Shown here one piece after another: positions 24,919 through 39,085 of a DNA stretch of 53,588 bases. Each line of letters starts with the position of its first letter. Positions within the stretch are counted from its first letter, which is position 1. Position numbers and translations under genes: made by a program. The notes under the pieces are model-generated. The model did no database searches. It had not been told where the DNA came from and saw only the letters and a list, made by a program, of their open reading frames with translations. Origin of the DNA: Raillietiella orientalis (taxonomy: Eukaryota); assembly GCA_036172245.1 (NCBI GenBank), contig JAYWIR010000162.1, positions 1 to 53,588 of the forward strand, written 5' to 3'.

Positions 24919-27900
24919 ATGGCAGGATTGGTGTTAGTCTGGTTTTCATGGCAACCATTTTTGCAATGGAGAGATGAAGGTTTTTACCCTCCATCTTCCT
25001 TTTTTCAGTGCAAATTTGCAGTTTCTGGTGATTTGAAGACAATTTCCATAATGTCGATTACATCTTTAAGCTCCTTGCGAGCATCCGAACGGATTCCTTT
25101 CCCCGTGGATGCAACGGCACCTTTATCACATCCCCACTTCCTCGGAATCCCTTGCTCCACGAGAAGAAATCATAGGAGAACCGAACTAATTTCAAGATGG
25201 CAGGATTGGTGTTAGTCTGGTTTTCATGGCAACCATTTTTGCAATGGAGAGATGAAGTTTTTTTCTCTCCATCTTCCTATTTTCAGTGCAAATTTGCAGT
25301 GTCTGCTGATAAATAATCAATTTCTATAATGTCGATTACATCTTTAAGCTTCTTGCGAGCATCCGAACGGATTCCTTTCCCCGTGGATGCAAAGGCACAT
25401 TTATCACATCCCCACTTCCTGCGAATCTCTTGCTCCACGAGAAGAAATCATAGGAGAACCGAACTAATTTCAAGATGGCAGGATTGGTGTTAGTCTGGTT
25501 TTCATGGCAACCATTTTTGCAATGGACAGATGAAGGTTTTTACCCTCCATCTCCCTTTTTTCAGTGCAAATTTGCAGTGTCTGCTGATATCTAATCAATT
25601 TCTATAATGTCGATTACATCTTTATGCTCCCTCCGAGCATTCGAACGGATTCCTTTCCCCGTGGATGCAAAGGCACCTTTATCACATCCCCACTTCCTCC
25701 GAATCTCTTGCTCCACGAGAAGAAATCATAGGAGAACCGAACTAATTGCAAGATGGCAGGATTGGTGTTAGTCTGGTTCTCATGGCAATCATTTTTGAAA
25801 AGGACAGATGAAGTTTTTTTCTCTCCATCTTCCTATTTTCAGTGCAAATTTGCAGTGTTTGGTGATTTGAAGACAATTTCTATAATGTCGATTACATCTC
25901 TAAGCTCCTTCCGAGCATCCGAACGGATTCCTTTCACCGTAGATGCAACGGCACCTTTATCACATCCCCGCTTCCTCGGAATCCCTTGCTCCACGTGAAG
26001 AAATCATAGGAGAACCGAACTAATTGCAAGATGGCAGGACAGGTTTTAGTCTGGTTCTCATGGCAATTATTTTTGCAAAGGACAGATGAAGTTTTTTTCT
26101 GTCCATCTTCCTATTTTCAGTGCAAATTTGCAGTGTCTGCTGATAAATAATCAATTTCTATAATGTCGATTACATCTTTAAGCTCCTTCCGAGCATCCGA
26201 ACGGATTCCTTTCCCCGTGGATGCAACGGCACCTTTATCACATCCCCACTTCCTCGGAATCACTTGCTCCACGAGAAGAAATCATAGGAGAACCGAACTA
26301 ATTGCAAGATGGCAGGATTGGTGTTAGTCTGGTTCTCATGGCAATCATTTTTGAAGAGGACAGATGAAGTTTTTTTCTCTCCATCTTCCTATTTTCAGTG
26401 CAAATTTGCAGTGTCTGGTGATTTGAAGACAATTTCTATAATGTCGATTACATCTTTAAGCTCCTTCCGAGCATCCGAACGGATTCCTTTCACCGTAGAT
26501 GCAACGGCACCTTTATCACATCCCCGCTTCCTCGGAATCCCTTGCTCCAAGGGAAGAAATCATAGGAGAACCGAACTAATTGCAAGATGGCAGGACAGGT
26601 GTTAGTCTGGTTTTCATGGCAACCATTTTTGCAATGGACAGATGAAGTTTTTACCCTCCATCTTCCTTTTTTCAGTGCAAATTTAGAGTGTCTGGTGATT
26701 TCAAGACAATCTCTATAATGTCTAATAGATCGTTCGGCTCCTTCCGAGCATCGGAACGGATTCTTTTCCCCGTGGATGCAAAGGCACCTTTATCACATCC
26801 CCACTTCCTGCGAATCTCTTGCTCCACGTGAAGAAATCATAGGAGAACCGAACTAATTGCAAGATGGCAGGACAGGTGTTAGTCTGGTTCTCATGGCAAT
26901 CATTTTTGCAAAGGACAGATGAAGTTTTTTTCTCTCCATCTTCCTATTTTCAGTGCAAATTTGCAGTGTCTGCTGATAAATAATCAATTTCTATAATGTC
27001 GATTACATCTTTAAGCTCCTTCCGAGCATCCGAACGGATTCCTTTCCCCGTGGATGCAACGGCACCTTTATCACATCCCCACTTCCTCGGAATCCCTTGC
27101 TCCACGAGAAGAAATCATAGGAGAACCGAACTAATTTCAAGATGGCAGGATTGGTGTTAGTCTGGTTTTCATGGCAACCATTTTTGCAATGGACAGATGA
27201 AGGTTTTTACCCTCCATCTTCCTTTTTTCAGTGCAAATTTGCAGTGTCTGCTGATATCTAATCAATTTCTATAATGTCGATTACATCTTTATGCTCCCTC
27301 CGAGCATTCGAACGGATTCCTTTCCCCGTGGATGCAACGGCACCTTTATCACATCCCCACTTCCTCCGAATCTCTTGCTCCACGAGAAGAAATCATAGGA
27401 GAACCGAACTAATTGCAAGATGGCAGGACAGGTGTTAGTCTGGTTCTCATGGCAATCATTTTTGAAAAGGACAGATGAAGTTTTTTTCTCTCCATCTTCC
27501 TATTTTCAGTGCAAATTTGCAGTGTCTGCTGATAAATAATCAATTTCTATAATGTCGATTACATCTTTAAGCTCCTTCCGAGCATCCGAACGGATTCCTT
27601 TCCCCGTGGATGCAAAGGCACCTTTATCACATCCCCACTTCCTCCGAATCTCTTGCTCCACGAGAAGAAATCATAGGAGAACCGAACTAATTGCAAGATG
27701 GCAGGATTGGTGTTAGTCTGGTTCTGATGGCAATCATTTTTGAAAAGGACAGATGAAGTTTTTTTCTCTCCATCTTCCTATTTTCAGTGCAAATTTGCAG
27801 TGTTTGGTGATTTGAAGACAATTTCTATAATGTCGATTACATCTCTAAGCTCCTTCCGAGCATCCGAACGGATTCCTTTCACCGTAGATGCAACGGCACC

Positions 27901-30900
27901 TTTATCACATCCCCGCTTCCTCGGAATCCCTTGCTCCAAGGGAAGAAATCATAGGAGAACCGAACTAATTGCAAGATGGCAGGACAGGTGTTAGTCTGGT
28001 TCTCATGGCAATCATTTTTGCAAAGGACAGATGAAGTTTTTTCCCTCCATCTTCCTTTTTTCAGTGCAAATTTGCAGTGTCTGGTGATTTCAAGACAATT
28101 TCTATAATGTCTATTACATCGTTCGGCTCCTTCCGAGCATCGGAACGGATTCTTTTCCCCGTGGATGCAAAGGCACCTTTATCACATCCCCACTTCCTCG
28201 GAATCCCTTGCTCCACGAGAAGAAATCATAGGAGAACCGAACTAATTTCAAGATGGCAGGATTGGTGTTAGTCTGGTTTTCATGGCAACCATTTTTGCAA
28301 TGGAGAGATGAAGGTTTTTACCCTCCATCTTCCTTTTTTCAGTGCAAATTTGCAGTGTCTGCTGATATCTAATCAATTTCTATAATGTCGATTACATCTT
28401 TATGCTCCCTCCGAGCATTCGAACGGATTCCTTTCCCCGTGGATGCAACGGCACCTTTATCACATCCCCACTTCCTCCGAATCTCTTGCTCCACGAGAAG
28501 AAATCATAGGAGAACCGAACTAATTGCAAGATGGCAGGATTGGTGTTAGTCTGGTTCTCATGGCAATCATTTTTGAAAAGGACAGATGAAGTTTTTTTCT
28601 CTCCATCTTCCTATTTTCAGTGCAAATTTGCAGTGTCTGGTGATTTGAAGACAATTTCTATAATGTCGATTACATCTTTAAGCTCCTTCCGAGCATCCGA
28701 ACGGATTCCTTTCACCGTAGATGCAACGGCACCTTTATCACATCCCCGCTTCCTCGGAATCCCTTGCTCCAAGGGAAGAAATCATAGGAGAACCGAACTA
28801 ATTGCAAGATGGCAGGATTGGTGTTAGTCTGGTTCTCATGGCAACCATTTTTGCAATGGACAGATGAAGTTTTTACCCTCCATCTTCCTTTTTTCAGTGC
28901 AAATTTGCAGTGTCTGGTGATTTCAAGACAATTTCTATAATGTCTATTACATGGTTCGGCTCCTTCCGAGCATCCGAACGGATTCCTTTCCCCATGGATG
29001 CAAAGGCACCTTTATCACATCCCTACTTCCTCCGAATCTCTTGCTCCACGTGAAGAAATCATAGGGAAACCGAACTAATTGCAAGATGGCAGGACAGGTT
29101 TTAGTCTGGTTCTCATGGCAATTATTTTTGCAAAGGACAGATGAAGTTTTTTTCTGTCCATCTTCCTATTTTCAGTGCAAATTTGCAGTGTCTGCTGATG
29201 AATAATCAATTTCTATAATGTCGATTACATCTTTAAGCTCCTCCGAGCATCCGAACGGATTCCTTTCCCCGTGGATGCAACGGCACATTTATCACATCCC
29301 CACTTCCTCCGAATCTCTTGCTCCACGAGAAGAAATCATAGGAGAACCGAACTAATTTCAAGATGGCAGGATTGGTGTTAGTCTGGTTTTCATGGCAACC
29401 ATTTTTGCAATGAAGAGATGTAGTATTTTACCCTCCATCTTCCTTTTTTCTGTGCAAATTTGCAGTTTCTGGTGATTTGAAGACAATTTCTATAATGTCG
29501 ATTACATCTTTAAGCTCCTTCCGAGCATCCGAACGGATTCCTTTCACCGTAGATGCAACGGCACCTTTATCACATCCCCGCTTCCTCGGAATCCCTTGCT
29601 CCAAGGGAAGAAATCATAGGAGAACCGAACTAATTGCAAGATGGCAGGATTGGTGTTAGTCTGGTTCTCATGGCAACCATTTTTGCAATGGACAGATGAA
29701 GTTTTTACCCTCCATCTTCCTTTTTTCAGTGCAAATTTGCAGTGTCTGGTGATTTCAAGACAATTTCTATAATGTCTATTACATGGTTCGGCTCCTTCCG
29801 AGCATCCGAACGGATTCCTTTCCCCATGGATGCAAAGGCACCTTTATCACATCCCTACTTCCTCCGAATCTCTTGCTCCACGAGAAGAAATCATAGGAGA
29901 ACCGAACTAATTGCAAGGTGGCAGGATTGGTGTTAGTCTGGTTCTCATGGCAATCATTTTTGAAAAGGACAGATGAAGTTTTTTTCTCTCCATCTTCCTA
30001 TTTTCAGTGCAAATTTGCAGTGTCTGGTGATTTGAAGACAATTTCTATAATGTCGATTACATCTTTAAGCTCCTTCCGAGCATCCGAACGGATTCCTTTC
30101 ACCGTAGATGCAACGGCACCTTTATCACATCCCCGCTTCCTCGGAATCCCTTGCTCCAAGGGAAGAAATCATAGGAGAACCGAACTAATTTCAAGATGGC
30201 AGGATTGTTGTTAGTCTGGTTTTCATGGCAACCATTTTTGCAATGGACAGATGAAGTTTTTACCCTCCATCTTCCTTTTTTCAGTGCAAATTTGCAGTGT
30301 CTGGTGATTTCAAGACAATTTCTATAATGTCTATTACATGGTTCGGCTCCTTCCGAGCATCCGAACGGATTCCTTTCCCCATGGATGCAAAGGCACCTTT
30401 ATCACATCCCTACTTCCTCCGAATCTCTTGCTCCACGTGAAGAAATCATAGGGAAACCGAACTAATTGCAAGATGGCAGGACAGGTTTTAGTCTGGTTCT
30501 CATGGCAATTATTTTTGCAAAGGACAGATGAAGTTTTTTTCTGTCCATCTTCCTATTTTCAGTACAAATTTGCAGTGTCTGCTGATGAATAATCAATTTC
30601 TATAATGTCGATTACATCTTTAAGCTCCTCCGAGCATCCGAACGGATTCCTTTCCCCGTGGATGCAACGGCACATTTATCACATCCCCACTTCCTCCGAA
30701 TCTCTTGCTCCACGAGAAGAAATCATAGGAGAACCGAACTAATTTCAAGATGGCAGGATTGGTGTTAGTCTGGTTTTCATGGCAACCATTTTTGCAATGA
30801 AGAGATGTAGTATTTTACCCTCCATCTTCCTTTTTTCTGTGCAAATTTGCAGTTTCTGGTGATTTGAAGACAATTTCTATAATGTCGATTACATCTTTAA

Positions 30901-33900
30901 GCTCCTTCCGAGCATCCGAACGGATTCCTTTCACCGTAGATGCAACGGCACCTTTATCACATCCCCGCTTCCTCGGAATCCCTTGCTCCAAGGGAAGAAA
31001 TCATAGGAGAACCGAACTAATTGCAAGATGGCAGGACAGGTTTTAGTCTGGTTCTCATGGCAATTATTTTTGCAAAGGACAGATGAAGTTTTTTTCTGTC
31101 CATCTTCCTATTTTCAGTACAAATTTGCAGTGTCTGCTGATGAATAATCAATTTCTATAATGTCGATTACATCTTTAAGCTCCTTCCGAGCATCCGAACG
31201 GATTCCTTTCCCCGTGGATGCAACGGCACCTTTATCACATCCCCACTTCCTCCGAATCTCTTGCTCCACGAGAAGAAATCATAGGAGAACCGAACTAATT
31301 TCAAGATGGCAGGATTGGTGTTAGTCTGGTTTTCATGGCAACCATTTTTGCAATGAAGAGATGTAGTATTTTACCCTCCATCTTCCTTTTTTCTGTGCAA
31401 ATTTGCAGTTTCTGGTGATTTGAAGACAATTTCCATAATGTCGATTACATCTTTAAGCTCCTTCCGAGCATCCGAACGGATTCCTTTCACCGTAGATGCA
31501 ACGGCACCTTTATCACATCCCCGCTTCCTCGGAATCCCTTGCTCCAAGGGAAGAAATCATAGGAGAACCGAACTAATTGCAAGATGGCAGGACAGGTTTT
31601 AGTCTGGTTCTCATGGCAATTATTTTTGCAAAGGACAGATGAAGTTTTTTTCTGTCCATCTTCCTATTTTCAGTGCAAATTTGCAGTGTCTGCTGATAAA
31701 TAATCAATTTCCATAATGTCGATTACATCTTTAAGCTCCTTCCGAGCATCCGAACGGATTCCTTTCCCCGTGGATGCAACGGCACCTTTATCACATCCCC
31801 ACTTCCTCCGAATCTCTTGCTCCACGAGAAGAAATCATAGGAGAACCGAACTACTTGCAAGATGGCAGGAATGGTGTTAGTCTGGTTCTCATGGCAATCA
31901 TTTTTGAAAAGGACAGATGAAGTTTTTTTCTCTCCATCTTCCTATTTTCAGTGCAAATTTGCAGTGTCTGGTGATTTGAAGACAATTTCTATAATGTCGA
32001 TTACATCTTTAAGCTCCTTCCGAGCATCCGAACGGATTCCTTTCACCGTAGATGCAACGGCACCTTTATCACATCCCCGCTTCCTCGGAATCCCTTGCTC
32101 CAAGGGAAGAAATCATAGGAGAACCGAACTAATTGCAAGATGGCAGGACAGGTTTTAGTCTGGTTCTCATGGCAATTATTTTTGCAAAGGACAGATGAAG
32201 TTTTTTTCTGTCCATCTTCCTATTTTCAGTACAAATTTGCAGTGTCTGCTGATGAATAATCAATTTCTATAATGTCGATTACATCTTTAAGCTCCTCCGA
32301 GCATCCGAACGGATTCCTTTCCCCGTGGATGCAACGGCACATTTATCACATCCCCACTTCCTCCGAATCTCTTGCTCCACGAGAAGAAATCATAGGAGAA
32401 CCGAACTAATTTCAAGATGGCAGGATTGGTGTTAGTCTGGTTTTCATGGCAACCATTTTTGCAATGAAGAGATGAAGTATTTTACCCTCCATCTTCCTTT
32501 TTTCTGTGCAAATTTGCAGTTTCTGGTGATTTGAAGACAATTTCTATAATGTCGATTACATCTTTAAGCTCCTTCCGAGCATCCGAACGGATTCCTTTCA
32601 CCGTAGATGCAACGGCACCTTTATCACATCCCCGCTTCCTCGGAATCCCTTGCTCCAAGGGAAGAAATCATAGGAGAACCGAACTAATTGCAAGATGGCA
32701 GGACAGGTTTTAGTCTGGTTCTCATGGCAATTATTTTTGCAAAGGACAGATGAAGTTTTTTTCTGTCCATCTTCCTATTTTCAGTGCAAATTTGCAGTGT
32801 CTGCTGATGAATAATCAATTTCTATAATGTCGATTACATCTTTAAGCTCCTTCCGAGCATCCGAACGGATTCCTTTCCCCGTGGATGCAACGGCACCTTT
32901 ATCACATCCCCACTTCCTCCGAATCTCTTGCTCCACGAGAAGAAATCATAGGAGAACCGAACTAATTTCAAGATGGCAGGATTGGTGTTAGTCTGGTTTT
33001 CATGGCAACCATTTTTGCAATGAAGAGATGTAGTATTTTACCCTCCATCTTCCTTTTTTCTGTGCACATTTGCAGTTTCTGGTGATTTGAAGACAATTTC
33101 CATAATGTCGATTACATCTTTAAGCTCCTTCCGAGCATCCGAACGGATTCCTTTCACCGTAGATGCAACGGCACCTTTATCACATCCCTGCTTCCTCCGA
33201 ATCTCTTGCTCCACGTGAAGAAATCATAGGGAAACCGAACTAATTGCAGGATGGCAGGACAGGTTTTAGTCTGGTTCTCATGGCAATTATTTTTGCAAAG
33301 GACAGATGAAGTTTTTTTCTGTCCATCTTCCTATTTTCAGTGCAAATTTGCAGTGTCTGCTGATAAATAATCAATTTCTATAATGTCGATTACATCTTTA
33401 AGCTCCTTCCGAGCATCCGAACGGATTCCTTTCCCCGTGGATGCAACGGCACCTTTATCACATCCCCACTTCCTCGGAATCCCTTGCTCCACGAGAAGAA
33501 ATCATAGGAGAACCGAACTAATTTCAAGATGGCAGGATTGGTGTTAGTCTGGTTTTCATGGCAACCATTTTTGCAATAGAGAGATGAAGGTTTTTACCCT
33601 CCATCTTCCTTTTTTCTGTGCACATTTGCAGTTTCTGGTGATTTGAAGACAATTTCCATAATGTCGATTACATCTTTAAGCTCCTTCCGAGCATCCGAAC
33701 GGATTCCTTTCACCGTAGATGCAACGGCACCTTTATCACATCCCTGCTTCCTCCGAATCTCTTGCTCCACGTGAAGAAATCATAGGGAAACCGAACTAAT
33801 TGCAAGATGGCAGGACAGGTTTTAGTCTGGTTCTCATGGCAATTATTTTTGCAAAGGACAGATGAAGTTTTTTTCTGTCCATCTTCCTATTTTCAGTGCA

Positions 33901-36863
33901 AATTTGCAGTGTCTGCTGATATCTAATCAATTTCTATAATGTCGATTACATCTTTATGCTCCCTCCGAGCATTCGAACGGATTCCTTTCCCCGTGGATGC
34001 AACGGCACCTTTATCACATCCCCACTTCCTCCGAATCTCTTGCTCCACGAGAAGAAATCATAGGAGAACCGAACTACTTGCAAGATGGCAGGATTGGTGT
34101 TAGTCTGGTTCTCATGGCAATCATTTTTGAAAAGGACAGATGAAGTTTTTTTCTCTCCATCTTCCTATTTTCAGTGCAAATTTGCAGTGTCTGGTGATTT
34201 GAAGACAATTTCTATAATGTCGATTACATCTTTAAGCTCCTTCCGAGCATCCGAACGGATTCCTTTCACCGTAGATGCAACGGCACCTTTATCACATCCC
34301 CGCTTCCTCGGAATCCCTTGCTCCAAGGGAAGAAATCATAGGAGAACCGAACTAATTGCAAGATGGCAGGACAGGTTTTAGTCTGGTTCTCATGGCAATT
34401 ATTTTTGCAAAGGACAGATGAAGTTTTTTTCTGTCCATCTTCCTATTTTCAGTGCAAATTTGCAGTGTCTGCTGATAAATAATCAATTTCTATAATGTCG
34501 ATTACATCTTTAAGCTCCTTCCGAGCATCCGAACGGATTCCTTTCCCCGTGGATGCAACGGCACCTTTATCACATCCCCACTTCCTCCGAATCTCTTGCT
34601 CCACGAGAAGAAATCATAGGAGAACCGAACTAATTGCAAGATGGCAGGAATGGTGTTAGTCTGGTTCTCATGGCAATCATTTTTGAAAAGGACAGATGAA
34701 GTTTTTTTCTCTCCATCTTCCTATTTTCAGTGCAAATTTGCAGTGTCTGGTGATTTGAAGACAATTTCTATAATGTCGATTACATCTTTAAGCTCCTTCC
34801 GAGCATCCGAACGGATTCCTTTCACCGTAGATGCAACGGCACCTTTATCACATCCCCGCTTCCTCGGAATCCCTTGCTCCAAGGGAAGAAATCATAGGAG
34901 AACCGAACTAATTGCAAGATGGCAGGACAGGTTTTAGTCTGGTTCTCATGGCAATTATTTTTGCAAAGGACAGATGAAGTTTTTTTCTGTCCATCTTCCT
35001 ATTTTCAGTACAAATTTGCAGTGTCTGCTGATGAATAATCAATTTCTATAATGTCGATTACATCTTTAAGCTCCTCCGAGCATCCGAACGGATTCCTTTC
35101 CCCGTGGATGCAACGGCACATTTATCACATCCCCACTTCCTCCGAATCTCTTGCTCCACGAGAAGAAATCATAGGAGAACCGAACTAATTTCAAGATGGC
35201 AGGATTGGTGTTAGTCTGGTTTTCATGGCAACCATTTTTGCAATGAAGAGATGTAGTATTTTACCCTCCATCTTCCTTTTTTCTGTGCACATTTGCAGTT
35301 TCTGGTGATTTGAAGAAAATTTCTATAATGTCGATTACATCTTTAAGCTCCTTCCGAGCATCCGAACGGATTCCTTTCACCGTAGATGCAACGGCACCTT
35401 TATCACATCCCTGCTTCCTCCGAATCTCTTGCTCCACGTGAAGAAATCATAGGGAAACCGAACTAATTGCAGGATGGCAGGACAGGTTTTAGTCTGGTTC
35501 TCATGGCAATTATTTTTGCAAAGGACAGATGAAGTTTTTTTCTGTCCATCTTCCTATTTTCAGTGCAAATTTGCAGTGTCTGCTGATGAATAATCAATTT
35601 CTATAATGTCGATTACATCTTTAAGCTCCTTCCGAGCATCCGAACGGATTCCTTTCCCCGTGGATGCAACGGCACCTTTATCACATCCCCACTTCCTCCG
35701 AATCTCTTGCTCCACGAGAAGAAATCATAGGAGAACCGAACTAATTTCAAGATGGCAGGATTGGTGTTAGTCTGGTTTTCATGGCAACCATTTTTGCAAT
35801 GAAGAGATGTAGTATTTTACCCTCCATCTTCCTTTTTTCTGTGCACATTTGCAGTTTCTGGTGATTTGAAGACAATTTCCATAATGTCGATTACATCTTT
35901 AAGCTCCTTCCGAGCATCCGAACGGATTCCTTTCACCGTAGATGCAACGGCACCTTTATCACATCCCTGCTTCCTCCGAATCTCTTGCTCCACGTGAAGA
36001 AATCATAGGGAAACCGAACTAATTGCAAGATGGCAGGACAGGTTTTAGTCTGGTTCTCATGGCAATTATTTTTGCAAAGGACAGATGAAGTTTTTTTCTG
36101 TCCATCTTCCTATTTTCAGTGCAAATTTGCAGTGTCTGCTGATAAATAATCAATTTCCATAATGTCGATTACATCTTTAAGCTCCTTCCGAGCATCCGAA
36201 CGGATTCCTTTCCCCGTGGATGCAACGGCACCTTTATCACATCCCCACTTCCTCGGAATCCCTTGCTCCACGAGAAGAAATCATAGGAGAACCGAACTAA
36301 TTTCAAGATGGCAGGATTGGTGTTAGTCTGGTTTTCATGGCAACCATTTTTGCAATGGAGAGATGAAGGTTTTTACCCTCCATCTTCCTTTTTTCAGTGC
36401 AAATTTGCAGTCTCTGCTGATATCTAATCAATTTCTATAATGTCGATTACATCTTTATGCTCCCTCCGAGCATTCGAACGGATTCCTTTCCCCGTGGATG
36501 CAACGGCACCTTTATCACATCCCCACTTCCTCCGAATCTCTTGCTCCACGAGAAGAAATCATAGGAGAACCGAACTACTTGCAAGATGGCAGGAATGGTG
36601 TTAGTCTGGTTCTCATGGCAATCATTTTTGAAAAGGACAGATGAAGTTTTTTTCTCTCCATCTTCCTATTTTCAGTGCAAATTTGCAGTGTCTGGTGATT
36701 TGAAGACAATTTCTATAATGTCGATTACATCTTTAAGCTCCTTCCGAGCATCCGAACGGATTCCTTTCACCGTAGATGCAACGGCACCTTTATCACATCC
36801 CCGCTTCCTCGGAATCCCTTGCTCCAAGGGAAGAAATCATAGGAGAACCGAACTAATTGCAAG

Positions 36864-39085
36864 ATGGCAGGACAGGTTTTAGTCTGGTTCTCATGGCAAT
36901 TATTTTTGCAAAGGACAGATGAAGTTTTTTTCTGTCCATCTTCCTATTTTCAGTACAAATTTGCAGTGTCTGCTGATGAATAATCAATTTCTATAATGTC
37001 GATTACATCTTTAAGCTCCTCCGAGCATCCGAACGGATTCCTTTCCCCGTGGATGCAACGGCACATTTATCACATCCCCACTTCCTCCGAATCTCTTGCT
37101 CCACGAGAAGAAATCATAGGAGAACCGAACTAATTTCAAGATGGCAGGATTGGTGTTAGTCTGGTTTTCATGGCAACCATTTTTGCAATGAAGAGATGTA
37201 GTATTTTACCCTCCATCTTCCTTTTTTCTGTGCAAATTTGCAGTTTCTGGTGATTTGAAGACAATTTCTATAATGTCGATTACATCTTTAAGCTCCTTCC
37301 GAGCATCCGAACGGATTCCTTTCACCGTAGATGCAACGGCACCTTTATCACATCCCCGCTTCCTCGGAATCCCTTGCTCCAAGGGAAGAAATCATAGGAG
37401 AACCGAACTAATTGCAAGATGGCAGGACAGGTTTTAGTCTGGTTCTCATGGCAATTATTTTTGCAAAGGACAGATGAAGTTTTTTTCTGTCCATCTTCCT
37501 ATTTTCAGTACAAATTTGCAGTGTCTGCTGATGAATAATCAATTTCTATAATGTCGATTACATCTTTAAGCTCCTTCCGAGCATCCGAACGGATTCCTTT
37601 CCCCGTGGATGCAACGGCACCTTTATCACATCCCCACTTCCTCCGAATCTCTTGCTCCACGAGAAGAAATCATAGGAGAACCGAACTAATTTCAAGATGG
37701 CAGGATTGGTGTTAGTCTGGTTTTCATGGCAACCATTTTTGCAATGAAGAGATGTAGTATTTTACCCTCCATCTTCCTTTTTTCTGTGCACATTTGCAGT
37801 TTCTGGTGATTTGAAGACAATTTCCATAATGTCGATTACATCTTTAAGCTCCTTCCGAGCATCCGAACGGATTCCTTTCACCGTAGATGCAACGGCACCT
37901 TTATCACATCCCTGCTTCCTCCGAATCTCTTGCTCCACGTGAAGAAATCATAGGGAAACCGAACTAATTGCAGGATGGCAGGACAGGTTTTAGTCTGGTT
38001 CTCATGGCAATTATTTTTGCAAAGGACAGATGAAGTTTTTTTCTGTCCATCTTCCTATTTTCAGTGCAAATTTGCAGTGTCTGCTGATGAATAATCAATT
38101 TCTATAATGTCGATTACATCTTTAAGCTCCTCCGAGCATCCGAACGGATTCCTTTCCCCGTGGATGCAACGGCACATTTATCACATCCCCACTTCCTCCG
38201 AATCTCTTGCTCCACGAGAAGAAATCATAGGAGAACCGAACTAATTTCAAGATGGCAGGATTGGTGTTAGTCTGGTTTTCATGGCAACCATTTTTGCAAT
38301 GAAGAGATGTAGTATTTTACCCTCCATCTTCCTTTTTTCTGTGCAAATTTGCAGTTTCTGGTGATTTGAAGACAATTTCTATAATGTCGATTACATCTTT
38401 AAGCTCCTTCCGAGCATCCGAACGGATTCCTTTCACCGTAGATGCAACGGCACCTTTATCACATCCCCGCTTCCTCGGAATCCCTTGCTCCAAGGGAAGA
38501 AATCATAGGAGAACCGAACTAATTGCAAGATGGCAGGACAGGTTTTAGTCTGGTTCTCATGGCAATTATTTTTGCAAAGGACAGATGAAGTTTTTTTCTG
38601 TCCATCTTCCTATTTTCAGTACAAATTTGCAGTGTCTGCTGATGAATAATCAATTTCTATAATGTCGATTACATCTTTAAGCTCCTTCCGAGCATCCGAA
38701 CGGATTCCTTTCCCCGTGGATGCAACGGCACCTTTATCACATCCCCACTTCCTCCGAATCTCTTGCTCCACGAGAAGAAATCATAGGAGAACCGAACTAA
38801 TTTCAAGATGGCAGGATTGGTGTTAGTCTGGTTTTCATGGCAACCATTTTTGCAATGAAGAGATGTAGTATTTTACCCTCCATCTTCCTTTTTTCTGTGC
38901 ACATTTGCAGTTTCTGGTGATTTGAAGACAATTTCCATAATGTCGATTACATCTTTAAGCTCCTTCCGAGCATCCGAACGGATTCCTTTCACCGTAGATG
39001 CAACGGCACCTTTATCACATCCCTGCTTCCTCCGAATCTCTTGCTCCACGTGAAGAAATCATAGGGAAACCGAACTAATTGCAAG
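36864..39085. repeat. Tetramer higher-order repeat (C'del-E-C'-E*, 1111 bp) x2
   Basis: The 1-bp deletion allele GCTCCTCCG plus CACATTT, and the GTGCACATT/CCCTGC/GGGAAAC monomer, recur at 1111 bp. Dispersed copies lie at 32140-33250 and 41860-42970. Confidence 0.82.

Larger units (their letters stand above)
1..28808. repeat. Left satellite subdomain (types A, B/B', C, D; loose B-C-A periodicity)
   Basis: Alleles seen only here: CATCGGAA+CTTTTCCCC, CTGCGAAT, ATGGAAGG, AATCACTTG, TTGAAGAGG, TTTAGAG/TCTAATAGATCG and GTTTGGTG/CTCTAAG. Confidence 0.88.

Noticed and set aside
29195..29201. Hammerhead ribozyme core CTGATGA in C' monomers (retrozyme-like satellite)
   Set aside because: No stem II closed by GAAA and no stem III/NUH could be built on either strand, and the motif exists in only one variant. 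An Infernal/RNAmotif search would be decisive.
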